Source: Eledone cirrhosa
Taxonomy: Eukaryota
Length of the DNA: 64,000 nt
Assembly (NCBI GenBank): GCA_964016885.1
Contig: OZ024740.1
Span: forward strand, 361,832,001 to 361,896,000
Reading direction: 5' to 3'
Shown: positions 63,981-64,000 of the stretch, one piece after another
Numbering within the stretch: position 1 is the first letter of the stretch
Layout: each line of letters starts with the position of its first letter
Notes under the pieces: model-generated
Databases searched by the model: none
What the model was told of the DNA's origin: nothing
What the model saw: the letters and a program-made list of their open reading frames with translations, nothing else
Position numbers and translations under genes: made by a program

Positions 63981-64000
63981 TATATATATTAGTTTTGCCG

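Overview
Eukaryotic, AT-rich, microsatellite-saturated genomic DNA made almost entirely of transposable elements. The repeat content (tRNA-derived SINEs, mariner, RTE, abundant (TA)n/(TATG)n/(TATC)n) suggests an octopus-like cephalopod, which is an inference. No host gene is firmly identified; most listed ORFs are microsatellite artefacts. Supported features: a near-intact Neptune-type Penelope-like element (RT + GIY-YIG, 59860-62136) with inverted pseudo-LTR; three further Penelope relics; a decayed R4/Dong-like RLE retrotransposon; stacks of Tx1/L1 3' ends; an RTE-derived ~600 bp non-autonomous family; non-autonomous Helitrons, including an exact head-to-tail trimer; and mariner/hAT/pogo remnants. 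The most notable unannotated signal is about 20 type I hammerhead ribozyme motifs from several families, found by eye. They include a non-coding 468-bp tandem, circularly permuted, retrozyme-like unit with stem II covariation, and recurring U3-A8 compensatory core variants. The intact Penelope element also has a candidate -1 frameshift joining its two ORFs. Boundaries were read manually and may be off by a few bases.
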